A DNA stretch of 64,000 nucleotides from the human T2T-CHM13v2.0 reference genome, Homo sapiens, in NCBI RefSeq assembly GCF_009914755.1, contig NC_060936.1; one strand, written 5' to 3'. Positions 16,581 through 34,973 of the stretch are shown here, one piece after another. Below the pieces are notes generated by a model, which did no database searches, had not been told where the DNA came from, and was given only the letters and a program-made list of their open reading frames with translations. The position numbers and the translations under genes were made by a program. Position 1 is the first letter of the stretch. Each line of letters opens with the position of its first letter.

Positions 16581-19500
16581 TCCAATGTAGCCAACTCCAA
16601 TTAGCAAGATGTCTATTAGTGTCTATATTTCCAGGCCACTGAAGCTGAAGAGCTTGCCAAGGCCTTCTTGCCACTGGTTGAGGTGGAAATGGTCTGCTCC
16701 AAAGCCACCAAGGGTGATGCTTAGAGCCAGAGCAATAGACCACTTATAGCCTCCAGCCCAATTTCAGTGCAGCATTTTGAAAAAAGTAGTTACCCAAGTC
16801 ATGAATGTGTTTATCATGTATTTGGCAGCATAATGCCGTTGAGGACAGGACCTCATGCAGCTGGTAGAATTGAAACATTCATATTCTGTTTCTGGAGGCT
16901 TCCATCAAAATCAAGTCATGTTGATGAGAAAGTTACTTTGGGATTTTAACTCCTAATCAACACAGGCAACAGAAGGTTTCACTGTACAGTCAAAAGTGAC
17001 TAGCTTCCCATAGACACAGAGGACATTTGTTGTGCAGTCTATAAATTCTGCAGAATACCTGCTACACAAACCATTGCTTGAACATAAAAGGTGTAATTTC
17101 GGTACTTTCACTGCCCAACAGGAAGTAGCACTCTGAGAGTAAAAGCAGCACATGGCACAGGCAGTGGGGACCCCACAGCTGAGCTGTTAACAGCCACCCA
17201 TAATTTTGTTTTCTTAGTCATAATTGTTTTTGTTTTCATATCATTTATTATACTATGATCTACTCTCCCTCCTCTGACTCTCTTTGCTAAATGTGCTACC
17301 TGAAGTTCAGGTCTATCCAAATTCAGCTTCCTCGCCCATCCTCAGTTGTGCGTTTTAGGTTACAGACGAAACCTCAGGATGTCTTTGTTATAATTAGAGT
17401 ACAGTCAACTCTTAATTATCTATGATAATGGATTACTGGGAGAGCCTGAATAAACAAATTGGTTTGAAGATTTGTCACCTTGAGTGAACTCTGTCTCCCA
17501 TGCTGTCCCTTGGGAGTGGTAGCAAGGGTAGGGTGAGGGAAACAGGCGGGCCAACTCCTCACAGTGACTCATGCTCCAGAGGGTAGCTTCACAGATAACT
17601 TCTGGAATGTCCCTGTGTCACTCCTCTCTTAAAGATGAAAGGATGGAAAAAACTGAGAGCCACTAGCAACAAACATTTGTTGAGTGAATGAATGAATGAA
17701 TGATAGGATTTACTTGATGTGGTTCCCATAAAGAAGAAGTCTCATCTTTCACTTCCATCACCAGTTTGGAGTGACTAAATGCACTCACTGAAGAAACACT
17801 GTGGTAGTGCAAAGACATCACTAAGAAGGCTCTACATAGATGAGGTACATTTCTGTCAGTGCTTATAAATCATGGGCAATTTAAATATATTCACTGCAAT
17901 AAAGCAACAGACCAACAAGGAAACATTTTAAAATTAATGCTATATAAGGAATAATGCTTCTATAAATATTGCCCAATGTTTATAATATTTATATCCATTT
18001 CTTTTTTGCTACTTTGGAAATAACTGGTATTTTCCCGTAGGAGATACACAGGAAAATGTGAACCGTTTGTTGAAACAGATGAAAAGATACAGATCTTCTA
18101 ATTGTGCTGCTAGTTGTCAAATGACTAATGAATTTGAATTCAATCAATGTTCATTAAACATTTGTCAATTGTAGGCATTTTTCTAGTGACTGAGCATGAA
18201 GAGATAGTTCAACAAAGATAAATAGGATATTGCAACTGTCCCTTCGTTGTTTCTATGGATACCTGGTGTGAGTTACAGGAGAATTAAACTCCAGACTCAA
18301 GTTCTTCCTAGGCAATGTGATACTTTCTATGCATTTTTTTTTCTAAGAAAGAGAATATTATAATTAAGGAAAATGTTATAATTTAGCTAAAGCTGAGTGT
18401 ATTATTTTTCAGAATTAAGACAGTAAGTATTGCATTAACAGAGAAATGTGAGGAATCCACTTTCCTTGAGGCAACTTGAAGAAGAAAAAAAGCACTCTGA
18501 GAGTTCAAAGGTCTTAATTTCAGTAATAATTTCACTATGAACTATCTAAAAACCTTCAGTTGTCTGGTATTCTTTTTGATCTTGTAACATGATGGATTTG
18601 GAGTACATAAACTTATAAATTCCTCCCAGACCTAACTTAAAAAAGACTCTGATAAAAGAAAGATTGAATTTCTGAGAAATACATGACAAAAATTAACAGA
18701 TCTTGGAGACATTGAATATGAGTAGTTGGTAGAGTAATGAGTCTAAGGAGATTCTGAAAAGGCCAATTTGAATAACTGATGTCTGGTTAACAGAGTTAAC
18801 TGTTAAATCTCTCAAAATGCAGGCAAAATGAGGAGAAAGCAGCAGCCAGGTGATTCACATATTTGACAATTGAGCACTGATTGCTTAGGAAAGCTATCAT
18901 CAATCTTTTTTTCTTGTTTTCTTTTCCTGACTTGTGTATTCTTGTTCTAACCACCTAGAAAAATTTCCTTGGCATTATGCATAAAAACTCGTTACTCACT
19001 TAGCATGGACAAAGCAGACACTCTTCAAGCCTCATTTAATTTGTATCTATGAGGAATGATGAACACTAAGCATGGGCTCTAATTATAAATTTAAGGTAGT
19101 GGGGTAAAGCTTAAATTAGTGACTACCCCTGAGCCTAGCTAATGGTGGTATTAGGTGCAATAAAGTGGAGACAAAAACTTGCAGAGCCAGTTTCAGCTGA
19201 GCTTCCATGGTGACAGAGACCTTCACAAAATGCTGTTAAGTCTGTTTGTAATGACACATCGTTGCATCAGGCTTTGAATATTTAACTCATATCACATACT
19301 TTAACTTCATTAGATATGAGAGTCTGCTTTTTTGTGTATGTATGAAAAGTCTGAAAGATTTTAAGTTCAAAATAAGCAGATAATTTTTTATTTTTATAGT
19401 AATTAGAGGATTCTTCATTCTCAGTCATTGCAATTCATTATTTTGTGTGTGAAATAATGGCCATGTAATTTTCTACCTAAGAATGATATATTACTTGTAT

Positions 19501-21107
19501 ATCCAACATGTTCATTGCTAAAATAATCCTTTTAAAATTATACATTAAGATAAAGGTAGGATCTAGTCTCTTTCCAACTGTACCATATTCAAAATGTAAC
19601 TCCTTACATGCCAAAGTTCAGTCATAAATTGCCTCCTCTCTAGCTTAACTAAAGTGAAGTAATATTAGAGGAAGATGGTTAAATGTTATTGATGATTATT
19701 CACAGATATTAAAAAATGTTATAAATGTTTCTCAAGATTTCTGGAAACTCACCCCATATATTAGGTCAAAATCCATGTCTAAAATGCATCTTAATTTAAA
19801 TGCCATTTGATCCTTTTTAAAACTGTTTTGCTTTAAATTTGTATAATCTGACTACCTCCATCTTCTTCAGGCTCTGGAGTTATCTTTCTTTTTGATATAT
19901 AAATAAAGCCACTTGAAGCTCTCCTCTCATGTGTTATAGGTAATAAATGTTCTAATATTTCCTACGATTACCAAATGGAATGGAAATTTGCTGCTTCTAT
20001 CTTTTTCATTTAAATTTCTTTTCCTATATCAGGTTTTTTCTTTTTAAGAAATCACGGTGGGAGATTGTTGTTAAGTTAAATTGACATTTTAGGAGGTTCC
20101 GAGATGGAACAGCTCCACTCTAAAGCTCCCAGCATGAGTGAGGCAGAAGACAGGTGATTTCTGCATTTCCAACTGAGGTACTGGGTTCATCTTACTGGGG
20201 CTTGTCGGACAGCGGGTGCAGGACAGTGGGTGCAGCGCACCAAGCATGAGCTGAAGCAGGGCAAGGCATCACCTCACCCTGGAAGTGCAAGGGGTCAGGG
20301 AATTCCCTTTCCTAGCCAAGCAAAGCCGAGACAGACGGCACCTGGAAAATCGGGTCACTCCCACCCTAACGCTGTGCTTTTCCAATGGTCTTAGCAAACG
20401 GCATACCAGGAGATTATATCCTACGCCTGGCTAAGAGGTTCCCACGCCCATGGAGCCCCGCTCATTGCTAGCACAGCAGTCTGAGATCAAACTGCAAGGC
20501 AGCAGTGAGGCTGGGGGAGGGGCACCCGCCATTGCTGAGGCTTGAGTGGGTAAACAAAGCCGCCAGAAAGCTCAAACTGGGTGGAGCCCACCGCAGCTCA
20601 AGGAGGCCTGCCTGCCTCTGTAGACTCCACCTCTGGGGGCAGGGCATAGCCAAACAAAAGGCAGCAGAAACCTCTGCAGACTTAAATGTCCCTGTCTATT
20701 AGCTTTGAAGCAAGTAGTGGTTCTCCCAGCATAGAGTTTGAGATCTGAGAATGGACTGACTGCCTCCTCAAGTGGGTCACTGACCCCCGAGTAGCCTAAC
20801 TGGGAGGCACCCCCCAGTAGGGGCAGACTGACACCTCACACGGCCGGGTACTCCTCTGAGATGAAACTTCCAGAGGAATGATCAGGCAGCAACATTTGCT
20901 GTTCACCAATATTAGCTGTTCTGCAGCCTCTGCTGCTGATACCCAGGCAAACAGGGTCTGGAGTGGACCTCCAGCAAACTCCAACAGACCTCCAGCTGAG
21001 GGTCCTGACTGTTAGAAGGAAAACTAACAAACAGAAAGGACATCCACACTAAAACCCCATCTGTACGTCACCATCATCAAAGACCAAAGGTAGATAAAAC
21101 CACAAAG

Positions 21108-22124
21108 ATGGGGAAAAAACAGAGCAGAAAAACTGAAAATTCTAAAAATCAGAGTGCCTCTCCCCCTCCAAAGGAACGAAGCTTCTCGCCAACAATGGAA
21201 CAAAGCTGTAAGGAGAATGACTTTGACAAGTTGAGAGAAGAAGGCTTCAGACAATCAAACTTCTCCGAGCTAAAGGAGGAAGTTCGAACACATCGCAAAG
21301 AAGCTAAAAACCATGAAAAAAGATTAGACGAATGGCTAACTAGAATAACTAGTGTAGAGAAGTCCTTAAATGACCTGATGGAGCTGAAAACCATGGCATG
21401 AGAACTACATGACAAATGCACAAGCTTCAGTAGCCAATTCAATCAACTGGAAGTAAGGGTATCAGTGATTGAAGATCAAATGAATGAAATGAAGTGAGAA
21501 GAGAAGTTTAGAGAAAAAAGAGTAAAAAGAAATGATCAAAGGCTCCAAGAAATATGGGACTATGTGAAAAGACCAAATCTACGTCTGATTGGTGTACCTG
21601 AAAGTGACGGGGAGAATGGAACCAAGTTGGAAAGCAATCTGCAGGATATTATCCAGGAGAACTTCCCCAACCTATCAAGGCAGGCCAACATTCAAATTCA
21701 GGAAATACAGAGAACACCACAAAGATACTCCTCGAGAAGAGCAAGTCCAAGACACATATTTGTCAGATTCACCAAAGTTGAAATGAAGGAAAAAATGTTA
21801 AGGGCAGCCAGAGAGAAAGGTCGGGTTACCCACAAAGGGAAGCCCATCAGACTAACAGTGGATCTCTCGGCAGAAACTCTACAAGCCAGAAGAGAGTGGG
21901 GGCCAATATTCAACATTCTTAAAGAAAAGAATTTTTAACCCAGAATTTCATATCCAGCCAAACTAAGCTAAATAAGTGAAGTAGAAATAAAATACTTTAT
22001 AGACAAGCAAATGCTGAGACATTTTGTCACCACCAAGCCTGCCCCACAAGAGCTCCTGAAGGAAGCACTAAATATGGAAAGGAACAACCGCTACCAGCCA
22101 CTGCAAAAACATGCCAAATTGTAA
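21108..22124 (+). pseudogene. L1 ORF1 (RNA-binding ORF1p), interrupted by nonsense codons
   Basis: MGKKQSRKTENSKNQSASPPPKERS...; 1017 bp in one frame with stops at 21399, 21495, 21936 and 21969. Confidence 0.93.
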
Positions 22125-22187
22125 AGACCATTGATGCTAGGAAGAAACTGCATCAACTAATGAGCAAAATAACCAGCTAACATCATA

Positions 22188-26004
<3,817 letters not shown>

Positions 26005-27979
26005 ACAATGAGAACCCTTGGACACAGGAAGGGGAACATCATACACTGGGGCCTGTTGTGGGGTGGGGGGAGTGGGGAGGAATAGCAGTAGGAGATATAC
26101 CTAAGGTAAATGACGAGTTAATGGGTGCAGCACACCACCATGGCACATGTACACATATGTAACAAACCTGCACGTTATGCACATGTACCCTAGAACTTAA
26201 AGTATAATTTTTTAAAAAATGACATTTAAAATTTTGTTTACCAAATTCTTAGCAAATATGCCCCTATTAGATACAAAATTATTGGTGCTGCTTAATATCA
26301 TAGAATCATGAAGACTTTAAGTTATCTGTGTTTTGTAGTTGTTAAAACAATCCTCAAATAGTAAGTTATTTCATTGAAATACTTTTAGAAAGAATATTTA
26401 GGAGAGTCTTTGAAAGCTCTTGTTACAAATAGTGGTAATATGTAGTGTATTTCATGTTGAAGATAAACACTTCATATGAAACATTGATTTAATACATTTT
26501 TCTAATAATAATTCTAATTATTAGAAATATTTCCAAGACTATAGAATAAAGCTTTAAATTCTTATTAATATTTACTTTTCCCTGGGCTTATCAATGAAGA
26601 ACTTTGTATCTAACTAATAAACAGGTATATTGTATGTGACATTCTGTAGGAGAAGCAAAAAGGAAGGATGCAACAAAAGAGACTAGATAACTGCGTTATA
26701 TATCTTTCACACGAACAGCCCATTGTGAACAGTAGAGTTAATTAAATGCACACCAGATGCCTTTAAAAGTTTGTTTGCCTAAATGGCAATTACAACCTCC
26801 ACATACAAACAAGAAAAATAAAAATAATACAGGACACTATATTTTTAATGATTATAGTACACATACCACTTCTAACCATTAACTGGGTTCTCCCATATTA
26901 TGATTTGTTTTCTGCTCAGCATGTTACTTTCCCCAGCTTCTCTCAACTCCACTTTTTTCTGATAGGTGGACATGGAATCTTTTTTATTCTCCAAAATATT
27001 ATAAAACAATACTTTTGCATGAAAAGAATGCTAATGAGGTTTGAGGATAATGACTCAAGTGAAGCTCAGAAAAGGAACAATTCAATTCAAATGTATGACC
27101 TCAAAATCCATTGCTAACTTCTCACTAGGAGCCACCTGCTTACTATCACTTTATAAGTCTCAAAACTCAATATTGCAGGGTTATTTTTCATTTTTGATCA
27201 CTTTTTTTAATTTTACATCCGTTTGTTAAAATTTGAATCCTCTACTCCACTATGGTTTCTTAAGCAATTTTTTTCAAATAAACAAAAATAATGACTTACA
27301 CAGAGTACCAAGACAAAACAACACAAACCACTGAGATAAATTTTTACACTTGCCGTAGCAAGTTTTCCTTTGCATAGCAATTTAAATTTTTCCCTGATTG
27401 ATAGATTTACACAATACTTTTTTTGTTACAATCTTTTGCATTTTTTGGAAATTGAAGTTTTGATGTGACACTCTTGATGTTATCTATTATAAAATATGTG
27501 TTTAATAATAAGGTATCTGTACTATACTTATAATAATACAGTTTTTCTAAAAACAGTTTTTGAAGAATAAAAGAAATACATGCTGTAGTATTTTTAGCCA
27601 ACAATCATGTACCTTTTTTTCTATGTTATATTAGCAATTTAAGTCTAAGTGTTCTCATTAAGAATTTATAAGTTGTTCTATATTACTTTTAAGCATTGAG
27701 AATTATGATTAATTCATATGCATATAAAATATTGGTTTTCATAACAAGTATTTACGACCTTTATTTCTTTATTTTGAGAAAAACATGGAATATAACAATC
27801 TGCAATTCTCCTTGGCCATAACTTGATTCCTCAACATAATTAAGCATTACTGGAAAAATGATTTTTTTCTAAAAATAAAGCAGATTTTTTTTGACAAATT
27901 GTCATTTGATACCTGAGCGATAGTCTTTATAATACATAAGTTACATCAACCTCTCTTAACTTTGAAAATTCTGTGGTCT

Positions 27980-28359
<380 letters not shown>

Positions 28360-28789
28360 TCAATGACCATATACAGTGCAACTTTATCTGTCTTATCATA
28401 TTAGAAAACTTTTGGCTATTGCCCCAAATTAAGTATAAATGTGGTCATCCTTCAAGGAAGAACACATACATTGCTTATAATGCTTGTGTTATAGCTGATC
28501 TCATAGCTCTGTTTTTGTTCTCTTCCTATCCACATACAAATTTTTATTTCAACGATGGACTGTAGTAAAATATATTAAATAAACTTTTATGATGGAGTGA
28601 AAGTTGCATAAATACTCAAATGAAATAACAGTAGAATGAACAGATAGTTACCCTATAAATAATCCCCAAGAGCTAAGAGCAGAAACTGCAGCAAAACCTA
28701 CTGTTCAAACTGATGGGCACTTACATATTTTTGACATATGTATAGTGATGCATCCTTCATTATAAAATCAAGAAAATATTGGACTAATA

Positions 28790-29030
28790 ATGGTTGCTAT
28801 AATAATAAGAGTCTACTCTATACAAGGTGAGATGCTGAGTATTTTTCATGCTACATCTCCTATCTTTAAAGCATTCCAAAAAGTTAGGCATTATTATTAT
28901 CACAATTTTCCAGTTGAAGAACTTCATGAACAGAATAGTTGAATAATTTGATTAAAATCATGCAAGTAACTAGGGCTTGAACCCAAATTTGAACCAAATA
29001 TGTCCGGCTTCTTAAAGGAGACTTGTCTTA
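28790..29030. mobile_element. MIR relic
   Basis: attattatcacaattttccagttgaagaact core-like motif. Confidence 0.5.
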
Positions 29031-30095
29031 ATTATTTTGTAGAATAAATTACTTTTAATTTGAGCCAAGAAAAACGACACTTTTGGACAATTAACTAGCC
29101 CTGTTAATGTCATATTTCAGGAAAATAGTGTAAGACACATAAAAAATATCTGCAGTACTTATATGATAACAGGAGTTCCCACAGTGGTCTAATTTATTCC
29201 ATCATTTTCATCTTAGATTAGGCACTATTTGAAAAAGAGACAATAACCTTTGGGCACCTGGAGTCTCCGGATCAGCCCTTTAATACATTTCTGTTTCCCA
29301 ATTACCCTTGGCTTGGGACCTAGTGCTTTTTATGTTTCTTCCAGGTCAATGAGCTCTATGCATCACTTTAGGAATGCTTCTCTCCACATCCCTTCATTTA
29401 GCTTGGTAAAGTGTTTAGTCATCAGCTCTGCTGTGAGTTAATAAACCACACTCTAATGCCATTTCTTTAGAATCATTTGGCTAGATTTTAAAATCACAAA
29501 AGTTAGGGCTGCAATCCAGACCACCTCAATCAAATTCACCAGGGTGAAGTTCAGGAATCTGCATTTTTAACAAGTACTTTTTGTGAGTTTGTTGTGGAAA
29601 CAGGTTTGGGAATTACCTCCAAAAGACTCATGACTTGGCTTGACCTAAATTTAAATCTCCAATGCAGGATATTTTCCTCCTTAGTCTGTCTTACTTTTGA
29701 ATGATAAATCCCAGTTACCATTACCACCCTCATCCTTTGTGAAACTGCTGTTCCTCACATTATTTGACATTTTGGTATTTTATAATTTTTTGGACGATTA
29801 CTTCAGGAGTGGGGTGGTATGCGTGGATGCTAAAAGAGGGATATGTAGCTTTGATATCCATCTTCGGGCTCTTTCCGTCTCAGGTAATTTAGAGGTTTTG
29901 TGATAAGATTTGTACTTGGAAAGCAAAACAATTATTACCAATCACCATGCCATGCACCTGAACTTACTTGAGAACAGTGACTTGCAAATTTCACAGGATA
30001 CTAACAAATATTTCAAAATCTTAGCTTCAGTTCTGAAAATGTATAAAACTTTTCTGTTCCCTTGTCTGGGATATGACAAATGCTACTTAGAATAA

Positions 30096-30402
<307 letters not shown>

Positions 30403-32076
30403 TAGAATAAATTTTAAAACTTCAAAAATAGTATTTGAAGTCGAAAAACCATACCTTGATTTTATATCTGTATAAGTACCAATGTATTTGCCCTGAGTGA
30501 TGGAAACAGGAAAGAGAGGAAGTGGTGTTCATTTCAAATAAAGTATGTAAGCAATATTTTACCCGTACTAGACATTTAACTTTTCTTTCATTACTTACAA
30601 TAATAAGAGTTAACATTTATAGAATAACTATAAAGTTCCAGGCACTATGCTTGCCCTTTTGTTACATATCTAATTTTATTAACATGTATTGGCAAATATT
30701 AGGTTCCAATCTCTGTTGGACACTAGAGATATTAAAATAAACAATACAAGTTACTATTCTCTCCACCTCTATTTACAGAATAGCTTTTTCTGTTCTGGAA
30801 ACACAAATGATGTCCCTTTTTCCCTAGCCATACATTGTTTGGCTAACATAATCATGACTCTTTTGTCTATCATGGCCAATAATAACAACCCTACAGCCCC
30901 ACCCTAACTAATCTGGAAAGAAATGAGAGATAAGAGTGAACATATCAGGAGAAGCAGAGTTTTGAGTTTTAACTCCCTCCTTTTTCAATTAGTAGGCTAC
31001 TTTAACCTCTTCTTAAGGTGGTTCTATAAAGAATAAAATAAAATAAATAGAGCCATGTGCAATAAATAAAAACCTAATATTTGTTGTGCACGTACCAAAT
31101 CTATTGAAGGAATTATTCAATATAATTTGACCAAGTTGAAAACCTTAAAGGTTATCTAATTTAGCTTTTTAATTTTTTTATTTTAAATTATTTTCTAGGT
31201 TGGAATCTGACATCCTAGAATTCAAATTGTTTACAGCCTTCAGGTTTCCAGTTCTCTGTTAGTTGACTTTGACATTACCCATTACGCTGCAGCTGTTTGA
31301 TGTTCAAAAAAGCCTTTAAAGAGCCTCAGCAAAGAAACAAGAAAGTTAGAAGGATATTATATAGGAAACACTTTTAAAGTTTTTAAATTATAAAGATCCT
31401 GTATTTTGAAATATATTTATAGTGGAAAAGAAATATGTCATCCCTAAAATCATCAAGTTAAAACAAAAACTTGCAGAAAAATTTTGCATTTCCAATTTCA
31501 TATGGATTTGCTTTTAGGTATGCAGTTTTTATTTTTAACATAGTTTGTTTACAGGCATTTGTGAAATAATTCCTTTTAAACTAGATTTTACTATTGTATT
31601 CTTATAATGAGAAATATTAATATTTATAAATTTCAGTAATCTGACCTTACTCTAATAATACCCGAGAACCTACTTAACACCTCCTGTATTATCAGGATTT
31701 TAATTTGCTGTTATGCATAAAGCTAAGACAAATACTTTCATGCATATATGTTTTCACAAATTTTGGAATATTTTCCCTCTACTTATTATGAATTGTAGGA
31801 ATGCTGATTGAAAGCTGTGAATTGTTGATCTATACTATTATTTCCAAATTATTTTCCAATATGTTACACCAATTGCCGTAAGTAAATCTAGGGGTTTACT
31901 TATCAAGGAAGGCCATTTCATTCACTTTATTTTCAAATGGAAAGTTCTTCAATAATAGGAATGGTGGGGCTGTTACATGATAGAAATGCATAAACTCTAA
32001 CAATGCTGAGAAAATGAGAACTAAATACCTAAAATTCTGATACTTACAGACCAGAGTCATTATAGACATATTTAGT

Positions 32077-32215
32077 CTTGATTTTTTGTTTGTTTTGTAG
32101 AGACAGGGTCTCTCTATGTTGGCCTGGCTGGTCTCAAACCCCTGGCCTCAAGCAATCTTCCTGCCTCAGACTCCCAAAGCACTGGGATTACAGGTGTGAA
32201 CCACAACACCTGGCC
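32077..32215 (-). mobile_element. FLAM (free left Alu monomer)
   Basis: Single left arm; 17-bp TSD ttatagac(a/g)tatttagt at 32060-32076 and 32216-32232. Confidence 0.85.
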
Positions 32216-32859
32216 TTATAGACGTATTTAGTATTTATGACTGCTACTTGTTCTCTAACCTCTAGTCTTTTTCTTTTCTGTTTGGCCGTTGCTTGAATTT
32301 TTAAGTAGTAACTTGTAAGCAACATTTTCTCATCTCAGAATAATAATTAGTGTTTTAATTTATCATTAACTACCCCTATAGGTATGAATTAAACAAAACT
32401 GAAGAAAAATATTCTTCCCAAATTGAGTCTTTTGGAACTTTTATTTCATCCTAGCAGAAATTATAGAATACTTGTGCTAAGACAACTGTTTCGATATCTG
32501 ATAATTTGATTAGCACTTTCTGAAGCACCATACCTATGGAAGCATATTAACAAGATTCTGTAGACTTTGAAATCAACTTGGGCTGTTGAATTCCTGGCAA
32601 ATGAGGATGATGTCAATCATCATTCAAGAAAAAACCTAAATTGTCTCCCATCTTTATGCTTATGTCTCAGTCTCGTAAATTATTATTGGGCTTGATCTAC
32701 TAAGGCCCTCCTTCCTTTGTTTTAAGCAGATTGTTCTGTGCATTTGTACTTAATATACCAAGCTCATGTCATTGACTCTTCTTTTAATTTTATTTTTAAA
32801 AGATAAGTGGTATTTTATTATAACAATAATTGAACTCCCATAAGACTTCATAATTTGCA

Positions 32860-33080
32860 ACCAAGGACAATACTAGCCTCTAGGGAATGCTTGGAAACAT
32901 TAGGGATGAGAGGAGGGGTTAGACGAAGACAATTTTGCTTGTCCCAGTATATAGCAGTACCATTGCCAGTTTGTAGGAGGCATCCTGGTGTGCTAAATGT
33001 TTTTCAGTTAATGGGAGAGTCTAGCAGACAAAAAACTCTCCTGCCAAAATGCCAATAATGCCACAGCTGAGAAACTCTGC
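32860..33080. mobile_element. MER20-like DNA transposon relic
   Basis: aaaatgccaataatgccacagctgagaaactctg terminus. Confidence 0.5.
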
Positions 33081-33599
33081 AGGTTAAGCATTTTTCTTAT
33101 GCAAACATTCATTTCGTAGCCTCATAAAGTTCCTAAGTGGACTAATGATACAATATTACTAGATATTCTATTTTTATTTATGTCATGGCCATTACAAATA
33201 TTACTAATTAAATTTAGGTATTCTATCCTATGCAAATTAGTAAAAATCTTAGACTTCTTTGCATTCAAATGTGTTTTGATCTTAATTTTGTTAGTCAGTT
33301 AATTTGTTTTTCTAGGGTAAGGATAGTTGTTTGTTTGAAATTTCAGAGAATTTCCTAACTTTTTCAATTCACTTTGCTGGTATACAAAATAATGTAAGAA
33401 AGAAAGTCTACATGCATGAGAGCAAGAATCATTTGAATATGTGGTTGAAAGTTTAAAACTAAAGCATGAATACACTATAAAGAATTAATGTACTATTAAT
33501 CTACTATATTCAGTGAAATTATTGAATTCAGTGGATAAAATATAGTTCTGAAGTGAGGGCTTAAAACAAGCAATCAGTAGGGAATTTCCAAATTTTAAC

Positions 33600-34900
33600 T
33601 TGAAGACAATTATCAGTTGAATAATTTAATGAGGAGAAACAAACCTAATTTATGACAGTAACACAAAAGGTATGAAATTCAGAAATAAATCTTATATTGC
33701 TTGTGCAAGAAGAGAATAAAGTTTTAAATCCTGCTGAGGGACACAATTGAAGACTTGAACAAAAGGAAACACATAAGGCTCTCAGACAGTAAGTCTCAAT
33801 ATTAAAGTAGTCAGTTTTCCCTAAATGTATACATAAATTTAGCACGCTCTCAATTTAAAATACCAACAGACTATTTTTGTAGCTGTGCAAGATGATTATA
33901 AATATTGCAAAATTTATAAAGAACAGGAAAATTTTTTAAAACAAACACGAGTAATAGGAATATATAAATAATTAAAATATACCAAATCTTAAAAGGATTA
34001 TAAAGTCACAATAATTCAAATTACGTAGCTCTTGAATGTGAATACACAGCCAAATCAATGGGATGGCAGAAAAAATCCAAAAATAGATTCAAAATATGTA
34101 CCAGAATACGGTTCACAATAAAGGGGGTATTTAAAAACAGTGGCACAACGTTATTTGGCAAATAATGTGGAATAACTTGTAATTACCTAAACAAGATTCA
34201 ATTATCTCCATAAGTTTAAGCATGTAACGAACTTAATTTCAGATGGTTGAAAGTTTACAACTAAAGCATGAATACACTCTAAAGAAGCATCAGAGAAATT
34301 ATTTCAAAAATTATTTTAAAAATTATTTATCATGCAGTGTGAAGGCCTGTTTAAAAATGACCAAAAAACACTTTACGAGTTACTTATCCATACATTCAAC
34401 TATATAACTTAATTTTTTGCTTTAAGATAAATTAAAAGACAAATAGCATACTCTGTGGGTGGGAAGAGTACATTAACAACTTGGGTAGTAAAAGATTAAT
34501 TTTTATAAAGATCATTTGTCAATGTTTATTAAATTTGAAAATGCCTCTGTTACCCTTTAAGCCAATATTCCTACATCTGGCAATCTAGTCTTACAGAAAT
34601 GCATTGATAGAATGACGTTGTTTATAATAGTAAATTTTCAGAAAACATCCAAATGCCTATAAGGAGGGGATTAGTTAAATAAATTATTATAATTGATACA
34701 ATGAGTTTCCCTGCTGCTATCGAACACAGTATGGAATCTCTATATGAACAATATAGGGCCATCTCCAGAATAACCACATCTCAGAATGAGTAAGGAGTTA
34801 TGTAAGAAAAATATGAGGAAGAGTCTGCATATTCTTCCACAATAAATTGGAAGAAATATGTATAAAACCTAATAAATAGTTTTGTTCAATCTTACTTCCT
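33600..34900 (+). mobile_element. Old L1M (mammalian-wide L1) fragments; boundaries approximate
   Basis: A-rich degenerate ORF2 3'-end motifs, e.g. ctcaatattaaagtagtcagttttccctaaatgtatacataaattt and catccaaatgcctataagg. Confidence 0.6.
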
Positions 34901-34973
34901 GTATATTTACGTTTTCATGAAATAACTAATCTTAAAATAAATTGTGCATTATATTAGCAATTATATAATTCAC

